Shown here: positions 57,784-64,000 of the stretch, one piece after another
Layout of the letters: every line of letters starts with the position of its first letter
How positions within the stretch are numbered: the stretch's first letter is position 1
Assembly: GCF_009914755.1 (NCBI RefSeq)
Contig: NC_060927.1
Length of the DNA stretch: 64,000 nucleotides
Source of the DNA: the human T2T-CHM13v2.0 reference genome, Homo sapiens
Strand: one strand, 5' to 3'
Position numbers and translations under genes: made by a program
The notes under the pieces: generated by a model
What the model saw: only the letters and a program-made list of their open reading frames with translations
Database searches by the model: none
Told to the model about the DNA's origin: nothing

Positions 57784-59475
57784 GAAAGATGTAATTCTTT
57801 GCTCAAACCCAAGCCACTAGAATTTTAAAAAACATTCCAAATGGAAAACATTCATTGATTTATTAAAAATAAAGACTAGGCTTTCCCCCCACCCCCAATA
57901 TGATATATTCTGTTCATTTCATTAAGGAATGATGGCCATGCTTGTGCTCTCCCTTTAGTCTAAATCAGAATCAAGCAACTGTCTCTTTAAAAACCCCATG
58001 ATATTCTTCTGAGTTTAGCCCTATTTTGAAACGGTCCCTTGACAACCTTTATTTATTACTGTACTTGGACTTTAGGAGACAGATTAGGAAGGAGACTTGG
58101 TAGCAAAGAAAAATTAGTTAATAACTTTGGAGCAAATTCTAGTCACGAAATCCCAGTGACTAGCCTAATATAATTTTACTTTGTCAAATATATTGTTCAT
58201 AGAATTATGCTTTTTCTAGAAAGCTATTTTAACTAACATTTCTGCACTTTCAAGAAATAGGCATAAAGAAAAGAAATAGGCAAAATGAAAAGATGAGCAA
58301 AAATTATGTGCTTTTCACTGGTATTTGGCTTTTGGTATATACATATACCAAAGGGGATAGTCTCATTTTTACTTTAGTCAGGCCTCACTGTAGAAATGGG
58401 ATTGAGAAGATATTTAAACAAGGCGTCTAAACAAGAATGACTTTAATAAAAAGAAATAATATGTTGAATGCTTGAGAAAGAGGAGGCAAATGTGAGGCCA
58501 TTAGATGAAAAGAATAAGTAGCATTCCTAAGAATAGTTTCTTCCCAAGCCCATCTTTTTCCATGACTCTTTACATGTTAGTGTTCTCCAGTGTTTTGGCC
58601 CCACTTGTCTTTTCATTGTTTATGCAAGTTTGTTTTCTCCTATGGTTTGAGTCGCCTACTGCATTCTTACAACTTTCAAATCTAGACTTCTAGGCCAGAG
58701 ATTACTCTGGAGTTCTCAATACCTATATCCAGCAGCCTTCTCTCTATATTTCTCCAACAGGATTCTACATTTCCATGTCTCCAAATTCAGTAGTCCCAAG
58801 TGAAACTTAAATTTCTTTTCTCGTCTTTATTTGCAGTGCTTTATTTGCACCACCTACTCCCCACCCCACTTCATCCCCCCACCAAATCTAGCCACCTTTC
58901 TGTGATACACCAGCCAACTCCTAGTTGCTCCAAGAATAAAGCCCCAGGCATCCTTAGCATTTTCTTTGTCACAGATAGTCTCTTTTCCTTATCATCTCAC
59001 TGATCTCTCAAGATTCTGTATGCTTCAATTGAAACTTGAAATATGTTCTAATCCCTCTCACCCTGTTTTTCCTCTGAGGTACCAGTGTACATCTAAGTCT
59101 AGGTAACTGTCAGTCTTACACTATTTTTCCAGTCACCAAGAAATAATTTAAAGTAGCAGGTATTATAGTGTCGAGTTTTTAATTTGGGCTTACATCCCTT
59201 GGTATGTATTATTCACTCCTCAATAATGTGCTGTCATCAGATTAGGTAGTTGCTGCTATGTAAACAGTAAAATGAAATCTCTTTCAAGAGAGCCTGCTCT
59301 AAATGTTAAGTACTTCAATATCAAGGAAAATGCCACCCTCCTCATACCCCTTTCTCCTGTCCTTTCTTAGGTCTTACTCAGAGGAAGGAAATAATCTTTT
59401 CAACCTGTTAAACTTTGCCTATTGTTAGTCTATTAAGAAATAATGATTTCATCTAATAAGAAATAATGCTACGTA

Positions 59476-59771
<296 letters not shown>

Positions 59772-60569
59772 CTAGCACACAAAGTCAAGTATCTTAAATA
59801 AATGTAATTCCATATTATTATAACATTTAAGTATTAACTTGAAATAGGATATTAATTAAACTTTGTTTGGAATATTTGGACTGTAATAGTGAAATTGCTG
59901 TGCAAATTTTACTTTTGTATCAGTCTTCAATTTCTCCAGACTAAATTCTTATCTCTTCCATTTTGAATGTTTTAATAGATTTTTAGTTCAGCTAGTTTTA
60001 AAACGAAGTTTCTTTAAAATGGCTCTACAAGAAAAAAGTAATTTTATCAGAATTTTACTACCAAATATTAAAATGATCCCCCCAAAATATCATAACTTGG
60101 AAATGTGAAAGAGATCTGGAAAAAGAAGATAATGTTAATTTTAATCTTGTATATATATATATATATATAATTAGGGGATAAATTTTTAATGTAACATTTT
60201 TATTGTGTAAGTTTACATGACTTTTTGTATTATAGATCTTTACCACAAATTTTTACCATTTGCTTACCAGATTTACTTTGAATAAACAGAAATCGCTGTA
60301 CTGGGAGCTATAAACATAATTTACATCACATTCTCAGATGGTTATAATTCACTCTAAACCAAGAAACAGGATTTTTACAAATCACAAATATCACTTATGT
60401 TGATCATTGTTTTGTTTGTTGAATATAGTACCTTATCTTGCAGAATGAAATAGTTGCTAGAGAAAATAGAGTTGGCACCTCTTCCCTCCTTTCTCCCTTT
60501 CCTATTTTCTGTCATTGCTTTTCCTGTCTGCCATTTGTTCATGTCTGGAGTTTACACTGTAAAAGATAA

Positions 60570-61230
60570 CTCCTTCATGAGTCATTTTCATTTTGGAACA
60601 TGTTTTTCATTGTTCTTCAAAATGTAGTAAAAGTACTCTTGCTTCTATCTCTGTCCTGCATCTGCCTGCCTTCCCAAACAGCCACTTTCTTAATGTGTGT
60701 ATATCCTTCTTTATGTGTATATAAGCAAATCAATGTATATTATCTTCTTTAATGTAAATTATAATGTATTGTGCACACATCTGTACCTTTACTTTTAAAG
60801 ATCTCCAGAATACATTGTTCCCATCTCAGTACTAGAAAAGTATCTTTGTGGTTTTTTAATAGATGCATACTATTTAATTGAATGGATGGCTACACCATGA
60901 TTCATTTAACCAGAAGCATTGCTGTTATAAACAGTGTTGTAATGAGTAGCCTTGTTAACATTATTTGCTATGTATATAAAATATCTAGAGGATAAATTCC
61001 AAGATGAATGATTGCTGGCTCAGAGAGTGAATAATTAAGGGGAGGTCGGGAGAGGAGAGAAAAGGAGAGAAATCTGTTTTGGAAAATAGTATTACATTAT
61101 AGTTTTAATTTGTATTTTTATTTTATGATTCAGATGTTGAGTATTTTTTCATGTCTTTCTTGTTAATGTTCAGTGTGAATTCTCCCCATTTTTCTATTGG
61201 GCATCTGGTCTTAACAGATTTTAGGAAAAT
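60570..61230 (-). mobile_element. Old L1M fragment
   Basis: 'tttgctatgtat...aggataaattccaag...attgctggctcagag...gttttaatttgtatt...gttgagtattttttcatg'. Confidence 0.55.
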
Positions 61231-62894
61231 TTATTAGAGACTTTTTAACTTTAAAAAAAAATTAGACATGCAGTTACATAGTCCTTTCCCACCAAAGTAT
61301 TAAAGAAATTCTAATTAAATGTGTTTATTTAAAGTTCTTAGTACAGATGATAAGACTGACTCTAGACAAAGGGGGTCTAAGGTAGGAGATGGACTTCGTA
61401 TAGATTGCATGCTCTTTAATCTACGCTTTACTGGCTAGCCATTTGACTGAAATTAACAAGATAAATATAAAATATGCTGAGGGCATTGGTGAACAAGGTT
61501 TTTGTAGAAGATGCTGACAATAAATATCAATATATAAATATTTAACTGAGTTTTTAATAGTTCCTTGGTAAAGGCATTCATCACACCATTGCGGGACTGG
61601 CTACTTGAGAAAAAGTAACACTTAAGTTTTGTAAGTAGAAATTTTACCTGCTTGCTCAGGATGAATAATAGCTTTAAAATAACTTATTTTGTGTTACTGC
61701 TAATAATAATCTCTATGGGGCATTTTGGGTTTTTTTTTAATCATGAAATTAAACATTATTTGTTTTACATTGGTAGAACTGATGGTCAATAATTAGAATA
61801 ACATAACATTTTGAGTTCTTACTTTAATTTATTATTAACTTCACCCAAGTTTTATTCTTAACCATAGAGGTTTGCATTCAGCCAGAGGTTGTCTATATGA
61901 ATTTTATTTATTTAGGCCCTTTTGAAAGGAAAATTGTTATTTGTTCTTAAATTAAGCTGTAAATATTTTTTAGTCTCCTCTTACAGAAGAGTGGTGGATT
62001 TTTAAAATTATATTTAACCTCACAAGTTTACTGAACTGTAGATTGATTAGATTTATTCCTTTGTAATCAGTGACTCGCATTTTCTTAATTTTCTTTCTAA
62101 AAAAATAAAACATGCATTTGTTAGAGAATAGGCAAAATGTTACCCAGGTTAGAATTAATGCATTTTAGTAGTAATGATGTTATTACAGTGCTTATTTTGG
62201 GAGATGGGAGTGGGTGGAATAAAAGTTATAGATGATTTACTGGAAACAGTGTATGATTCCTTAGGACTGCCCCCAAAGAAAGGTATAGCTTCCTTCTACT
62301 TGTGAGTTTCTGAAGAATCAGTTTTAGTTGGTTTGGGCAAGGGGGTGTGAGCATGAAGTATGCCAAATTTACCAACTTAAAGGAGTTTGTATTACAAAAG
62401 ATTTGATTGTGTAATTTGGAGAGTTCCTGTAGTGCATTTATAGTTGTGATTGTAACTCAATGCAAAGTTAGAGGAGTCTTTGAGTAAAGCAAGGCATTTA
62501 TTTTATTTATTTATTTTTTGCAGTATTTTAATTAAAGATACATAAAATTTTTAAGGCATCTTCAGCTTTCTAACAAACCAGAAGAACATTTTCGTTCTTA
62601 GCAATTAGGTAAACTGTATCAGCTATAAAAAGATCACTAAGCAAGTGCCTTTTCTAAGAGGTTCCCTCCCTTATTCTCAGAGCTGAACCTCTTCTAGGAA
62701 TTTGCCAGATAAGATAAATGGCATATTCTGAGCATGGTTTAATCTTTGGATCCATGCTTATGGTTTCACAACTTAACATTTGGTACTTAGTTAAAGCACT
62801 CTTAATAATACACATAATTCTGGATTTATTTCAGGTCATTAGAGATTATTTTTTCACAGTCTTACTATTATGGAAGAAAATATGTGTGTTTTGA

Positions 62895-63055
62895 CATTAG
62901 GTCCAGGTTTGAATCCTGTTCCTAGTATTGTGTCTTTGAGCAAGTTACTTGACCTCACTTTCCTCAACTGTAAAATGAGAATGTTGCTCAGGCTTATTGT
63001 AAGGACTCATTAAGATAAAGGTGTGCCTGCCCTAAAATAGACAATCATTAAGTGT
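62895..63055 (+). mobile_element. MIR SINE
   Basis: 'ggtttgaatcctg...tgagcaagttacttgacctc...ttcctcaactgtaaaatgag'. Confidence 0.75.
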
Positions 63056-63157
63056 TCTTTTCCTCTATCTTGTTGATTTGTTAATTAGCATTTATATCTA
63101 GGGAAAGACAAAGTAGTCAAAATATGTCCATTTTGAAAAAGAGAAGTAGTTCTCTTA

Positions 63158-63335
63158 TTTTTTTTAGAGACAGATCTGGCTCTGTCACCCAGGCTGGAGT
63201 GCAGTAATGAACCCTGAGCTCCTGGGCTCAAGCAGTCTTCCCACACAGCCTCCTGAGTAACTAGGACCGTGGGCTTGCTTTCTTTTCTCTTTTCTTTCTT
63301 TTCTTTCATGGGTTCTCACTATGTTGCCCAGGCTG
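63158..63335 (-). mobile_element. Degenerate, deleted AluJ
   Basis: 'ctctgtcacccaggctggagtgcag...ctcctgggctcaagc...tctcactatgttgcccaggctg'. Confidence 0.8.
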
Positions 63336-63435
63336 AATTTTTTTATTTTAAATAAGTAGTCACCATGTCTCTGTCCACATTACTACAGATAAAGAAAAAA
63401 GTTGGTTTCTCATAGTTTTTTAAAAATAGAGATCA

Positions 63436-63750
<315 letters not shown>

Positions 63751-64000
63751 TTACCTTTTTCTTTAGTGATTTTAACTTGTGACAGAGTTGGAAATTCTTC
63801 ATCCATCCTCTTGCTTTCTCAGTAATGTTGCAAGTAATCTCATGGTAAGAGTAAGGAAACCTAGGAGGAAAAGCTGTGGTGGAGAGCCAGTTAGGATCAA
63901 TTAAAAGATGAACAGCATGGAAAGCCAACCTGCCTTACTGTAGCATTGATACTCTGAGTTATACTTTTTCTGTGAGTGTAAGTATAATTAGCTTTAAACA

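Noticed and set aside
58331-58352. Perfect 10-bp hairpin TTTGGTATAT-AC-ATATACCAAA
   Set aside because: Short and AT-rich; too small for a pre-miRNA; plausible by chance.

Overview
Primate (almost certainly human) genomic DNA: AT-rich, Alu/MIR/L2/L1M-rich, with one CpG island (~19.43-22.26 kb). The island holds the promoter, a ~1.1 kb GC-rich 5' leader and the very large first coding exon (ATG 20647 to donor 22604) of TSC22D2 on the + strand. I recognise the gene from the protein ([17 protein letters not shown]..., [16 protein letters not shown]). A 72-nt frame-preserving cassette exon lies at 34340-34411. The TSC-box/leucine-zipper exons are not in the window. Positions 1-19.4 kb are repeat-rich upstream sequence and the rest is intron. 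I found no prokaryote-type system, CRISPR array or RNA gene, and nearly all track ORFs are spurious or Alu-derived. The best leads concern TSC22D2 regulation: an in-frame uORF separated from the main ORF by one UGA-C, and several candidate alternative terminal, poison or micro-exons that would give zipper-less proteins retaining the WNK/NRBP-type docking motifs. These are sequence-based inferences and some may already be annotated. Repeat subfamily calls are by eye, and boundaries of old repeats are approximate.
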